Source: Leucoraja ocellata (taxonomy: Eukaryota). Taken from it: 64,000 bases of DNA. Both the position numbers and the translations under genes were made by a program. This document shows, piece after piece, positions 25,782-38,929 of the stretch. The notes below the pieces were generated by a model. It was not told the origin of the DNA, did no database searches, and saw only the letters and a list, made by a program, of their open reading frames with translations. Position 1 is the stretch's first letter. The number at the start of each line of letters is the position of its first letter. Location: positions 10,230,001 through 10,294,000 of the forward strand of contig JAWMAR010000032.1 of assembly GCA_036785375.1 (NCBI GenBank), read 5' to 3'.

Positions 25782-25909
25782 TTGTCTGGTTTTCCAGGTA
25801 ACTGCAGTTGAATTCGGCAACGATCTGCAGCTCTGATTTCTTCTTCCTTTTTATATATAAGCTTCTGAAGACCCGCTGTCCAATCCTGGCTCACAGTCAC
25901 GTTTAAATT
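25782..25909 (-). CDS. ARHGEF10: ARHGEF10 coding exon
   Basis: ttccag|AATTTA...GACAA|gttggt; 128 nt; [42 protein letters not shown](K); donor position is fixed by the phase of the next exon. Confidence 0.92.
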
Positions 25910-26630
25910 CTGGAATAAACAAGAATGATAAGCCGGAGACACAAGGATGTTGAGTAAAACAAAAAGTCCTGGAGGAACTCAGCGGGTCAGAAAGAATCTG
26001 TGGAGGGAAACATTTTGGGTCAGGACATGTCCTCAGATTGATCGAAGAGTAGGAGAGCAGCAAGAATTTAGTTAGTCAGAGGGTGGTACGTGGATGTTTA
26101 CACTCGTGAGAGAATCTAAGGCAAGAGGGTCTAAGACCAGAACAGCTTCAGAACAAAAGGACGTACCTTTAGAAAGGAGATAAGGAGGAATTTATTTTGC
26201 CAGAGGGTGGTGAATATGTGGAATATATTGGTTGTGGAGGTCTAGTAGGAGATTGAGGCAGAGATTGAGATTTTAAGGTGGAGATTGACAGATTTTTGAT
26301 TAGTACGGGTGGCAGAGGTATGGGTAGAAGCAGGAGAATGGGGTTGAGATGCAAAGATAGGTCCATCATGATTGAATGGTGGAGTAGGCTCGCTGGGCCG
26401 AGTGGCCTAATTCAGCTCTTATGACTTACGGACTTATGAAGAATTACAGTGGGGGAGCAGTGAGAGAGTCTCACAGAACTCCCATCAGAGAATGGAGAAC
26501 TTCATCAAAGTTGGCATAGTCTGAGGGCATTTCGCAGTGGATCAGCAAAATAGAGACACAAGGAATGCAGATGCTGGAATTTTGAGAAAAACACAAAGTG
26601 CTGGAGTAACTCAGTGGGTCAGGCAGCATC

Positions 26631-27518
26631 TCCAGATGTGATGCTTGGCATTCAGGCCAAAGAGTTCAATCTTGGCTTCATCGGACCAGAGAATTTTGTT
26701 TCTCATGGTCTGAGAGACCTTTAGGTGCCTTTTGGCAAACTCCAAGCGGGCTGTACTGTGCCTTTTACCGTGGAGTGGCTTCCATACGATAAAGGCCTGA
26801 TTGGTGGAGTGCTGCAGATATAGTTGTCCTTCTGGAAGATTCTCCCATCACCACAAAGGAACTCTGGAACTCTGTCAGAGTGACCATCGAGTTCTTGGTC
26901 ACCTCCCAGACCAAGGCCCTTCACCCCCGATTGCTCAGTTTGGCTGGGCGGCCAGCTCTATGAAGAGTCCTGGTGGTTCCAAAGTTCTTCCATTTAAGAA
27001 TGATGGAGGCCACTGTGCTCTTCGGGACCTGCAATGCTGCAGAAATTGTTTTACACCCTTCCCCAGATCTGTGTCTCGACACAATCCTGTCTCGGAGGTC
27101 TACGGACAATTCCTTCGTCTTCATGGCTTGGTTTTTGCTCTGACATGCACTGTCAACTGTGGGACCTTATATAGACAGGTGTGTGCCTTTTCAAATCATA
27201 TACAATTTAATTTTCCACTGGTGGACTCCAATCTAGTTTTAGAAACATCTCAAGGATAATCAATGGAAACAGGATGGACCTAAGCTCAATTTTGAGTGTC
27301 ATAGCAAAGGGTCTGAATACTTATGTAAATGTGATATTTCAGTTATTTATTCTTAATTACATTGCAAAAATTTCTAAAAACCTGTTTTCGCTTCTTCATT
27401 CTGGTGTATTGTATGTAGATTGATGATCAAAAAATTAATTTAATCAATTTTGAAATAAGGCTGTAACGTAACAAAATGTGGAAAAGTGAAGGGATTTGAA
27501 TACTTTCTGAATGCACGG
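26631..27518 (-). mobile_element. 5' half of a second Tc1-family transposon (pseudogenised transposase, left IR/DR)
   Basis: MKTKELSVDLRDRIVSRHRSGEGCKTISAALQVPKSTVASII...GRPAKLSNRG, continuing to KILWSDEAKIELFGLNAKHHIW; IR end TA|CCGTGCATTCAGAAAGTATTC at 27518 and inner DR at ~27307-27330. Confidence 0.92.
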
Positions 27519-29398
27519 TATGAATATTCTAAACAGAAGATGGAGAGAAGCTTTCACTGCTAGGTCAGGCTTGAACGAGGGGACAATGCTTCCAGATAAG
27601 GAGATCATTTAAAACAGTTGCATAGATATTTATTTTTACAGAGGGTAGTAAATCACTCCATTTCTGCAGACTTTAAATTTTACTTTTGACTTTAGAGGAA
27701 CAGCATGGAAATAGGACCTTCTGTCCACCAAGTCCGCACCGACCAACGATCACCCCGCACACCAGCACTATCTTACACACTAGGGACAATTTACAATTTA
27801 CAGAAGGAAATTAACCTGCAAACCTGCACATCTTTGGAATGTGGGAGGAAACTGGAACACCTGGAGAAAACCCATGTGGTCCCTGGGAGAACTTACAAGC
27901 TGCATATAGACAACACCTATAGTCAGAATCGAAATTGGGTCAGAGGCAGCAACTCTACTGCTGTGCCACTGTACCGTCCGACCTCAGAGGTTTGTGGAGG
28001 CTGGATAACTAAATGTATGTCAGGTGGAGATAGATAAAAATTTGAAAGCTCAGAATGGAGGGCCTAGAGAAACTGACACAGAAGAGGAATTGAGGTGGGA
28101 ATAGATCAGCCACGATCATCCTGAATGGCGGGGCAGGCTTGAGAGACCTGATTGCACACTCCTGCCATTATTTTGTTGCGTTCTTGTTGAAAGTATGTAT
28201 AGAGTAGATGGGAAAATACAATATCATAAGCTTGGGCACGTGAAGCAGAATTTTGGATGGCCCAAAGTTTAGTTAACATGAGTTGAAATAAAAAGCTTGA
28301 ATGGAAAACCCCAAGCTGTAGTTTCCGTGAGATAAAACCTGCTGGGTTCAGATAATTCCTCGTAGGTTGCAAAACATACTTGGTGAATAAAGTGTGATTC
28401 TGTTTCTGATTCTGATTAGCAGAAGGTACAGACGCTGTGCAAGTGATGGTTTGGGATATGATCCCTGAAAGAAATGTCCAAACAATTTATGAGTAGTAAA
28501 TTGAATGATTACTTAACTGAGAAAATAAGTAATGGAGCCAAATCAAATGGCACATTCAAAGAGGTGGCATCAGCTTTATAGACTGTATCTTTTGTACTCA
28601 TCTTATTATTTCTCCACAATGCTTTTCTCTTGACAAATTTGCTGAATTGATCATTTTTAACAATAAGATATAGACATACAGCATGGAAACAGCCCCTCCG
28701 GCCCAACTTGCCGATGCCAACCAAGATGCCCCGTTTAGACTAGTCCCACCTTCCTGCGTTTGGGTCATATCATTCCAAACCTTGCCTGTCCATGTACCTG
28801 TCCAAATGTCTTTTAAACGTTGTTATCGGGCATAATTCTAAAATCGCTTCTCTCTCAGTTAATCAGAATTTAATCCAATGCCCTCAAGGAAAATTCTTAT
28901 ACTAATCAACTGTTAAAAATATTTGTTAGCGATCTATTTAATTCTGCTCAAACCATTCACATGTCTTGGGATGCATTTCACCCTGCCCTAATTAGCTCCA
29001 CAAAGTACAAGCTAATCTTGTAGAGTTAGCATCCCTGAACGCGCCCTGTGCAAGTGCAGTGAGGTCTGTGCCAAAAATACTGCTTCTGAAATTTTACACT
29101 ATAACACTTACCAGAAGAATTAAACTAAAACATCTAAACTTTCATGAACTTATCCATGTGCATGTATTTTACCAGTGGTGGAGGAGGGAGAAGTTTAACA
29201 ACAGTGCACAACGTTGAAATCAATACAGCCCACTGTTGTATCCCTCCTGATTTTCAATTCCACAGAATCCAAAGGAAAGTAAAAATGGGAAATAAACCAA
29301 ATTGATCATTTAATTAGCGTCATTCATTTTATACTAATACTAAAATCAAAATTTACTTCCAATGATTCTCTTAAAGGAACATTGTTTTTATAACACAA

Positions 29399-29706
29399 GG
29401 ACGGCACGGTGGCGCAGCAGTATGGTTGTTGCCTCACAGCGCCAGAGACCCGGGTTTGATTCTGACCACGGGTGTTGTCTTTACGGTGTTTATACGTTTT
29501 CCCCCTGACCGTATGAGTTTTCCCTGGGTGCTCCAGTTTCCTCCCACATTGCAAAGATGTACAGGTTTGTAAGTTAATTGGCTTTAGTAAAGATTGTAAA
29601 TTGTCCCCAGTGTTTAGGATAGTGCAAGTGTACACGGATCAGTGAGCGGCACGGACTCGGTGGGCCAAAATGCCTGTATCCACGATGTATCTCTAAACTA
29701 AACTTA
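29399..29706 (+). mobile_element. tRNA-derived V-SINE (HE1-like), full length
   Basis: GGACGGCACGGTGGCGCAGCAGT...GGTTTGATTCT...GTTTCCTCCCAC...GTATCTCTAAACTAAAC. Confidence 0.9.
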
Positions 29707-29810
29707 ACAAAGCTAACTGAATCAATGTCACAGAGAAAAGGTTTGTGAAAATGTTTTGATTATGGGGAAAGAAAACATTTTCATAGATGTATGGTAAACT
29801 TTTACCGTAC

Positions 29811-29926
29811 CTGATAATTTCCTTTTAAAGTACCGACAAGCTGCGTAATCTGGCCCACCACACTCAGATCATGCATCAGATTTTGTAGATCTTGATACAG
29901 CTGGCACGGTCCCATGTAGAGCTTGC
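29811..29926 (-). CDS. ARHGEF10: ARHGEF10 coding exon
   Basis: tttcag|GCAAGC...TATCAG|gtacgg; 116 nt; (S)KLYMGPCQLYQDLQNLMHDLSVVGQITQLVGTLKGNYQ. Confidence 0.95.
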
Positions 29927-30342
29927 CTGAAAAAATGAAGGTGAACTATGTTTGAGAACCTGATCAATGCAGCAGACTACATTGTCCTGCTAAAGGCAAC
30001 AAGGCACTTGCATTGGACGACACAGGAATTGTGCTCATATTAAGTTCGGAATATTTTTCCAAAGACTGAAGTATTAACATCACAAAACAGAAAATAAATA
30101 GTCAGTAAATACTACATTGCTAAATCAGATTGTTTTATTCAAATTATACATAAGAACACCAGCCTCTCCAGCATGTGCCATCCTTGCACTCACCTCAATT
30201 CTCTTTTAGTTCCATATCTCTTAATGCCGATTAATACTGGGGGTCCAATACTGCCGATGGATCTTTTGCCTGCCTGCCTTCAGTGCAGGATCACCATCCT
30301 TCCCACGACTGAATGTTAATAGCTATCAGTCATTGAAGCGGA

Positions 30343-30560
30343 AATAGGCACAAAATGCTGGAGTAACTCAACGGGTCAAACAGCATCTCTGGAGAAAAGA
30401 AATAAGTGATGTTTCAGGTCGAGACCGTTCTGGGAAAGGGTTTTGATCCAAAACGTCACCTATTCCTTTTCGCCAGAGATGTTGGCTGAACTGCCAAGTT
30501 ACAGCTTTTTATGTCTACCTTTGTTTTAAACCAGCGTCTGCAGTTCCTTCCTACACACTG
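30343..30560. mobile_element. Palindromic Penelope-pLTR-derived element
   Basis: Inverted arms; TSD TTGAAGCGGA at 30333-30342 and 30561-30570. Confidence 0.83.
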
Positions 30561-33500
30561 TTGAAGCGGAGGTTGGCTGGTGTACCTACATTCGTAGAGT
30601 TGGAGTTTAGTTTATTGTCACATGTACCAAGTGAATAGCTTTTGTTGTGTGCTAACTGGTCAGTGGATGACAATACATGATTACACTCGAACCATTCACA
30701 GATAGCTGATAAAGGGAATAACGTGAATAACGTTTTGTGCAAAATAAAGTCCAGTAAAGTCCAATCAAAGATAGGCCGATGGTATCCAATGAGGTAGATA
30801 GCAGCTCAGATCTGCTCTCTAAGTTGTTGGTAGGATGGTCTAGTTCAGGAGAATTCTCTCTCAATGATGAATGGCATTGGGATTGCAATGAAAATGAGTG
30901 AAAACACTCACCGGCTTAATCAGAATTTATGTGGCCCTACAACATAATACTTTGGAAAGAACTATCAACCTGAAAATGTTCATTAGGTTAAAACAGTACG
31001 CCGGTGACAATTCATTAGTACTGAACAACAATGATCGGGAGACGTTAGTCCACTCCAGTAGTGTATGTCTGGGAGAACATTGTAAGAGCAGACTTGTATT
31101 GGTGATAAAAAAATTCAAAGTGCTGGAGTAACTTAGCGGGTCAGGCAGCATCCTGAACACAGATAAGTGACATTTCAGGTTGAGACCCTTCTTCAACACC
31201 AGTCTTTAATGGTGATGTATTGGTGATGCTTTTAGTTTCACTGTGCGTGGGTATTCAAATTACATTTGGGAAGGCTTCCAGTATTCTTCCACCAATTAAC
31301 TCAACGGAGTTCCATAAGTAAGGCCCAGAAAGACGTGATATAATCAAGACAATACTCTGTGGCCCAGTGATGCATCACCCATCACAGCTACCTCAATCAT
31401 TCATTACAGTTTGTGATGCTCTTACTCACGAAGAAAATTGAAGCAATGGCCGACAGATTGTAGTGGAACTGGAAGAAATTAGAGTGTGGCATAACTGGCA
31501 GAGTTGCTGCCTCATGGCACCAGAGACGCAGGTTCGATCCTGACCTCAGGTGCTGTCTCCCTGTGACCACGTTCTCCCTGTGACCACGTGGGTTTCCTCC
31601 GGGTGCTCCAGTTTCTTACGACGTGCGGGTTTGTAGGTTAACTGGCCTCTGTAAATTGCCCCTAGTATGTAGGGAGTGGATGAGCAAGTGGGATGACATA
31701 CAACTAGTTGAACAGGTAGATGGTCAGCATAGACTCGGTGGTCAAAAGGTCTGTTTCAACGCTGTATTCCTAAACTGAACTAACCACTGATTCATGTTTC
31801 ATGTAGAGTTACACATGATCCTGCATGTGGAAGTAGCTTGGGTGATCACTGCCTTTGACCTTCCAATTTCCAATCCTTCCACAATATTGCAGGGTTGCTC
31901 CATACTCTGAATCAATGATTTCCATTGGTGGCATCTCCTTTTCCACGTGATCAGCCATGGCAGGAATGCATGCAGTGCCAAAATTCCAAAAAGTATGACA
32001 GGAATGCTTCCAGGATGGCACCCAACCCAGGTGACTATGTGTGTACGAGCCACAGAAGCAGATCTACAATCACATATTACAATCACTCCACACTATCAAA
32101 TCTTGACTCCTACAGCAACATTTCTTACTTTAACTATGATTTTCTTAAACTCCTTTCCTATCTGTATCAAAACACAGTAAATGGCTCGAATGTAATCATG
32201 TATTGTCTTTCTGCTGACTGGATAGCACGCAACAAACGTTTTTCACTGCACCTCGGTACTTGTGACAAGGAAGGAAACTGATCTGAACTGGAAATGATTG
32301 ACATCCCACTGTTTTTTAGACTCCCAGATACAATGCAATAATCTCTAAAGCCAAGAAGACAATTTCATCAATGTAGAGCTACTTAGTGGCCATGAACATC
32401 GTCATTTGAAGGAGCATCCCTACAAACGAACAGGTGACATTTCGGGCCGGAACCCTACTTCTGGGTGAAAGTGAATGGGGGGGGGGACTGGAGATAAGAA
32501 AAGGCCTGAACAAATCAGGGGCGGCAACAGATGACCAAGGAAGTGTGGAGCCCATAATGGCCCATTGTTGGCTGAGGAAGAGGGTGGCTACTAGTTCCAC
32601 TGTAATAACTTCAGACCTTCAGGTTAAGTTTTTGATGTTATTAAATCAGTCACAGAAACATGATAAAATAGCTGCAAACTTTAGTATTTGAAATGACGCC
32701 AATGGGAGTCAAAGCTGATTTATCTCTCACCTCAAGCACACAAACAAAAACCTTGTTAGTACCCAACAAAAATATATGTTCTCAATGAATCACTGCTATA
32801 AAGACAGTTCTGTCCCTTCAATTTATACAATTAAGCTTCAGCCTCGTCAACTGCTTTGTGCAGTGTCTAAACCTTCAGTGACCAGGCCCATATACTTGAT
32901 GTGCCTTGCATGGCAATTGAAAGACTGCACAAAGTAACAATTGTTTTACTGGTCGTCCTGGTTTGCAATAAAAAAAATCATCAATTTATTACGTGCAAAG
33001 CAAGGAAACACTGCCAACTCTGAATACCAAAAAGGAGCTCTATCAAAGGTTTTCGCTCCCAGCCGCAAACAAGGGGAGTGAGTGTTTTTACAGACTTAGA
33101 GCAGCAGAAAAATCACGAGCAAAGGCCTGAAAATCACTTGGCAATCTTCAGTGGAGCAAGCAACAGATTCAATGCCCAGAAGGAGAGCATTGTGTCCCAC
33201 CATGGGTACTAGGATTATGATAACCAGCTTGTTCAAATCTCTCACATTTTGAATTAAAAACAAGAACTAATGATTTCAATCTCAACCAGTTCATATTATG
33301 TTTTGATCTTATAAGCACAGCAGTCACTTAAGGTGGTTCTACAACATTCCATCGTTCATTTTCTTTCTGGTTTATCTTTCTCAATTCACAACTATATATT
33401 TTTTTAAGCAGGTTTATGCAATTTGCAAGGAACCAGTATAAATAATAAAAATAGGTGGAGGAACTTAAAGAGATTTAAAGGGGAAGCAAATGTTTGTCAA

Positions 33501-35134
33501 CAGTTGCTTTTACATTACTTTGAGAAAACTTTATTTTAATACGCTTTGTAGCATACCAACTTAATGCCATACAGAAAAACTTCATGAGACCGTAAGTCAT
33601 AGGAGCAGAATTAGGCCGTTCAGCCACTCGGCTCCGTCATTCAATTATGGCTGATCTATTTTCCCTCTCAAACCCATTCACTTGCCTTCTCCTCGCAACC
33701 TTTCACACACTTACTAATCAAGAACCTATCAATAATTTATTTAAAATAAACCATCCAATAAATTATCCAATAAAATAAACCATCCCTCAAAACCCTATTT
33801 ATTTAATAAAATTAGCAGGATCTAAAAAATAGGAGCTGGCCAATTTAGTGAACAGAATGTCATACCGAAATGTCTTTAGATTTAGTCACAGCAATTACAA
33901 AATGATTCACAATACATTATAAGCTCCAGTGCTTAAAATGTAATTTTACCTGCAATGGAGAAACCGACCTTAGACTGGATGACCACTTTATGGAGAACCT
34001 GTACTCAATCTACAAAAGCAACAGAGAGCTTCCACTTTAGACATTAAAGGTACAGTGAGAAAACAGGCCCTGCGGCTCACCAAGTCCGCATCAACCATCA
34101 TTGCTACCATCGGGTAGGAGGTACAAAAGCCATGAGTTCCACACCACCAGTTTCAGGAGTAGCTACTTTCCTACATCTATCAGGTTCTTGAACCACCCTG
34201 CACAACCCTAATCCTACCAGAGTCCACTTCTTGGCTTGCTTTTTTCTGTTTATGTTTTTGCACTAATGTTTTGTTTTCTCCACAGTCTTCTTTCATTTAG
34301 AAATGTTTATGTGCATTTTATGTACAATTTGTTTTTGTATGCTTGTCTCAGTCTATATGCCTGTGATGTTGCTGCAAGCAAGATTTTTCATTGCATATGA
34401 CTGTAAACTTGCTCTACTTGACTTGCAGAAACTTTTGTAGTCAGTGCGGACTCGGTGGGCTGAAGGGCCTGTTTTCGCACTGTATCTCTAAACTAAATTA
34501 AAAACAAGAAGTTGCACTGGAAACCAATCAAAACAGCATATTTCAGTCTTCTTTCTGGTCATCTGAGATCACAAATTTGTGACTGTAATCAGATTACATT
34601 TTATGGATTGAAGGACACAGCATGGAAAAGGCCCCTTTGGCCCACCGAGTCCACGCTGACTATCGATCACCTATTAACATTAGTTTCATGTTATCCCATT
34701 TTCACATCCACACCCTACACACTAGGGGCAATTTACAGGGACCAATTAATCTCCAAGCTCGCTCGTCTTTGGGTTGTGAGTGGAAGCCGGAGCATCCGGA
34801 GGAAACCCATGCGGCCACAGGGAGAACGCACAAACTCCATAAAGGCAGCATCCAAGGCTAGAATTGAAGTCACGTCTCTAAGGAGCATGTGAGGCAGCAG
34901 CTCTAGCAACTCCCACCATGGTACAGCTCATCATTATGTTGATGATATCCAAGACATCTGTTGTAAGGGATCAGTGCATGGACAATCTTCATGTTCGGAC
35001 ATTAATACATCATTTTCTAAACACACATCTTGATTAGTTGGCCATGTGGACTGAGAAATGGTTAATGGAATTTAATGCAGATAAGTGCAAGGTGGGAAGT
35101 CAAAGTGTTGTCTATCAGAGGGATCTAGGAGTGA

Positions 35135-36221
35135 AACATAGAAACATAGAAATTAGGTGCAGGAGTAGGCCATTCGGCCCTTCGAGCCTGCACCGCCATT
35201 TAATATGATCATGGCTGATCATCCAACTCAGTATCTCGTACCTGCCTTTTCTCCATACCCTCTGATCCCCTTGGCCACAAGGGCCACATCTAACTCCCTC
35301 TTAAATATAGCCAATGAACTGGCCTCAACTACCCTCTGTGGCAGAGAGTTCCAGAGATTCACCACTCTCTGTGTGAAAAAAGTTCTCCTCATCTCGGTTT
35401 TAAAGGATTTCCCCCTTATCCTTAAGCTGTGACCCCTTGTCCTGGACTTCCCCAACATCGGAAACAATCTTCCTGCATCTAGCCTGTCCAACCCCTTAAG
35501 AATTTTGTAAGTTTCTATAAGATCCCCTCTCAATCTCCTAAACTCTAGAGAGTATAAACCAAGTCTATCCAGTCTTTCTTCATAAGACAGTCCTGACATC
35601 CCAGGAATCAGTCTGGTGAACCTTCTCTGCACTCCCTCTATGGCAATAATGTCCTTCCTCAGATTTGGAGACCAAAACTGCACGCAATACTCCAGGTGTG
35701 GTCTCACCAAGACCCTATACAACTGCAGTAGAACCTCCCTGCTCCTATACTCAAATCCTCTTGCTATGAAGGCCAACATGCCATTCGCTTTCTTTACTGC
35801 CTGCTGCACCTGCATGCCTACCTTCAATGACTGGTGTACCATGACACCCAGGTCTCGCTGCATCTCCCCGTTTCCCAATCGGCCACCGTTTAGATAATAA
35901 TCTGCTTTCCCGTTTTTGCCACCAAAATGGATAACCTCACATTTATCCACATTAAACTGCATCTGCCAAACATTTGCCCACTCACCCAGCCTATCCAAGT
36001 CACCTTGCAGTCTCCTAGCATCCTCCTCACACCTAACACTGCCCCCCAGCTTAGTGTCATCCGCAAACTTGGAGATATTGCCTTCAATTCCCTCATCCAG
36101 ATCATTAATATATATTGTAAATAGCTGGGGTCCCAGTACTGAGCCTTGCGGTACCCCACTAGTCACTGCCTGCCATTGTGAAAAGGACCCGTTTACTCCT
36201 ACTCTTTGCTTCCTGTTTGCA
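35135..36221 (-). mobile_element. Young 5'-truncated CR1 LINE with uninterrupted RT C-terminus (332-aa ORF), nested in an older plus-strand CR1 (~34930-36575)
   Basis: [30 protein letters not shown]; 3' stem-loop GGTGCAGG...CCTGCACC; (CTATGTTT)n tail. Confidence 0.95.
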
Positions 36222-37597
36222 AACATAGTCCATAGTCCACATGGCCAACATAGTACATAGTCCCTTGAAAGTGGTGATGCAGATAGACAGGGTGGTCAAG
36301 AAGGCTTTCAGTTCATTGGTCTTCATTAGTCAGGGTACTGCGTATACAAGTTGGGATATTATGTTATAGTTGTACAAGACGCAGGTGAGGCCACGTTTGG
36401 AGTATAGTGCTCAGTTTACGTCACCTTGCTATAGAAAGGGTGTTAAGCAGGAAAGAGTGCAGAGAAGATTTGTGAGGATGTTGCCAGGACTTGAGGGCCT
36501 GAGCTATAGGGAGAAGTTGGGCAGGTTAGAACTTTATTTCTTGAAGACTGGAGGTTGAGGGGTGATCTTATAGAGGTGTGGTGTAGCGGTAGAGTTGCTG
36601 CCTCACAGCGCTTGCAGTGCCGGAGACCCAGGTTCGATCCTGACTACGGGTGCTGTCTGTACAAGTTTGTACGTTTGCCCCGTGACCTGCATGGGTTTTC
36701 TCCGAGATCTTCGGTTTCCTCCCACACTCCAAAGACGTACAGGTTTGTATGTTCATTGGCTTAGTATGAATGTAAATTGTCCCTAGTGTGTATAGGGTAG
36801 TGTTAACGTGCGGGGATCGCTACTTAGTGCAGAGTTGGTGGGCCGAAGGGCCTGTTTCTGCACTGTATCTCTATACTACACTAAAGTATAAGATCACGGA
36901 GACATTTCCTGCTCTGCATTCTATGTTCCGAAATGCATACAGAGACATACACCACAAACATGGTCAACACTTTGAAACCACGTACATGCACTGGCCACCT
37001 GATGTACAACTGGAAACAGCTGTATTTCTGCCAAAATAGGTTTTGTGGATAGTGCGGAAACAGGCTCTTCGGCCCACTGAGTCCTACTCTATCCTAGACA
37101 ATTGGGATAATTTACCATTTTGCAGAAGCCAATTACCCTATAACCTGTATGTCTTTGGAGTGTGGGAGGAAACCAGAGAACCCGGAGAAAACCCACGCAG
37201 TCACAGGGAGAATGTACAAACAACGTACAGACAGCACCTGTAGCCAGGATCAAAACTGGGTCTCTGATGCTGTAAGGCAGCAACTCTGCCACCCCGAGGC
37301 ATCCACCTTGGAGAGTTCTCCAATTTCCAATGATCTCATGAAAATAACACACCTGAGCTGCTGTTGCAAACTCTGCTGGGAATCCCAGTAAGAGAAAAAC
37401 AAGGCAAACTTTAACAACTGCATGTCATGAAACTGATCACCTGAGCTTCTCCAAGCTCATTTCAATTCCACACAGTTGCCTCCCAGATTTTCAAAATGAA
37501 AATAAAACTTAGTATAAATATTTTATAAACTCTGGCAGTTTGAAAGTACTTGTAAAAATTCCATTTCTTTTTTACAAGAAAACAAAAGCTATGGCTT

Positions 37598-38236
37598 CCA
37601 GGTGAGACAGGGGTTCACGTGCACCTTCTCCAAACTCATCTACTGCATCCGGTGTTCCCGAAATGTGTTCCTGTGATTCAGTGAGACCAAGCATATACAT
37701 GGCGACCATTTTGATAAACACTTGTGCTTGGTCCGTCAAAGCCTGCTGGATCTCTCCGTTCCTAACCATTTTTCCTCCCTTCCCATTCCTAAATTGATCT
37801 TTCTGTCCTGGCCTCCTCCATTGCCAGAGTGAGGCCACACACAAATTGGAGGACAGAACCTCATATTCTGCTTGTGTAGTTTACAATGCAGAGGTATGAA
37901 CGTTGAATTCCCTAAGAAGGTATCTTCTACATACACATACACTCGCTCACCTAACCTTCCTCCACTAAAAGTCGGTTAACCAGTTTCACAGTTTGCACCA
38001 ATGTATCCCTCTTGAGATCACACCTACACATCCCCAGCCAACAATTGGATTATTAGGGAACCACCCAGCCTGAGATCAACTATTGCCGGCCATGATTTAT
38101 CCTTGTCTTTTCTTGGTCCCAGATCCCCAACCCCCCTACAATCAGTCTGAAGAAAGGTCCCGACCCAAAATGCCACCTGTCCATTTTCTCCAGAGACGCT
38201 GCCTAACCCTAGTTACTCCAGCATTTTGTGTCTATT
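37598..38236 (+). mobile_element. Penelope 3' fragment (GIY-YIG + pseudo-LTR) with TSD
   Basis: 13-bp TSD AAAGCTATGGCTT at 37585-37597 and 38237-38249; FQVRQGFTCTFSKLIYCIRC...; ends in CAGTCTGAAGAAAGGTCCCGACCC...CTCCAGCATTTTGTGTC. Confidence 0.88.
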
Positions 38237-38741
38237 AAAGCTATGGCTTTCTCTCATAGGATACTGAGCCATATAAAATATGTAAACGCACATCCCCTTT
38301 TATTCCCTGTTGCCTCGTGTTACGGACACTCAGGAAAATGATTTTTCTGTCCAGGAATTAACTAGTGAATAAAACGAAACAACCACAAATAGGTACAGGT
38401 ATTTCAAAATTGGTGATCCAAATAAATTCAAACATTCTAAATCATGAATAAGAAACGCCTTGCCCCAAAAAGATTCTGAACGTGTCACGACCCGAAACGT
38501 CACCGATTCCTCCTTCTCTTCAGAGATGCTGCCTGTCCCACTGAGTTACTCCAGCATTTTGTGTCTATCTTTGATTTAAACCAGCATTTGCAGTTCTTTC
38601 CTATATATAAGAAATCCAAGTTGCCTGGGCCATGTGGACACAGCACATTAGACTGAAATCTTTGCACGTTCAGGTAAGCAAACAGTTCAGTGGGACATTA
38701 ATTCCAAGGGAGAAAGAATCAAGGCTGGGAAATGTACTTAC

Positions 38742-38917
38742 TTGGCTTTGTACTAATTAGAATCTTTTCTCCAGAATGCGAGGGTATAAATCGACTTTTC
38801 TCAGCAAGATCCTCACTGTTCCCAAACTCGACCACTTCGACCTGCCTCAGTGGCACACTCCACTTCAGTAGGTACCGCAATCCAGGGGATACCACACCAC
38901 TGCTGTCATGCTGGGGT
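38742..38917 (-). CDS. ARHGEF10: ARHGEF10 coding exon (PH-like region)
   Basis: ttgcag|ACCCCAG...AAGCCAA|gtaagt; 176 nt, phase 2 in and phase 1 out; PQHDSSGVVSPGLRYLLKWSVPLRQVEVVEFGNSEDLAEKSRFIPSHSGEKILISTKP. Confidence 0.93.
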
Positions 38918-38929
38918 CTGCAATGAAAT

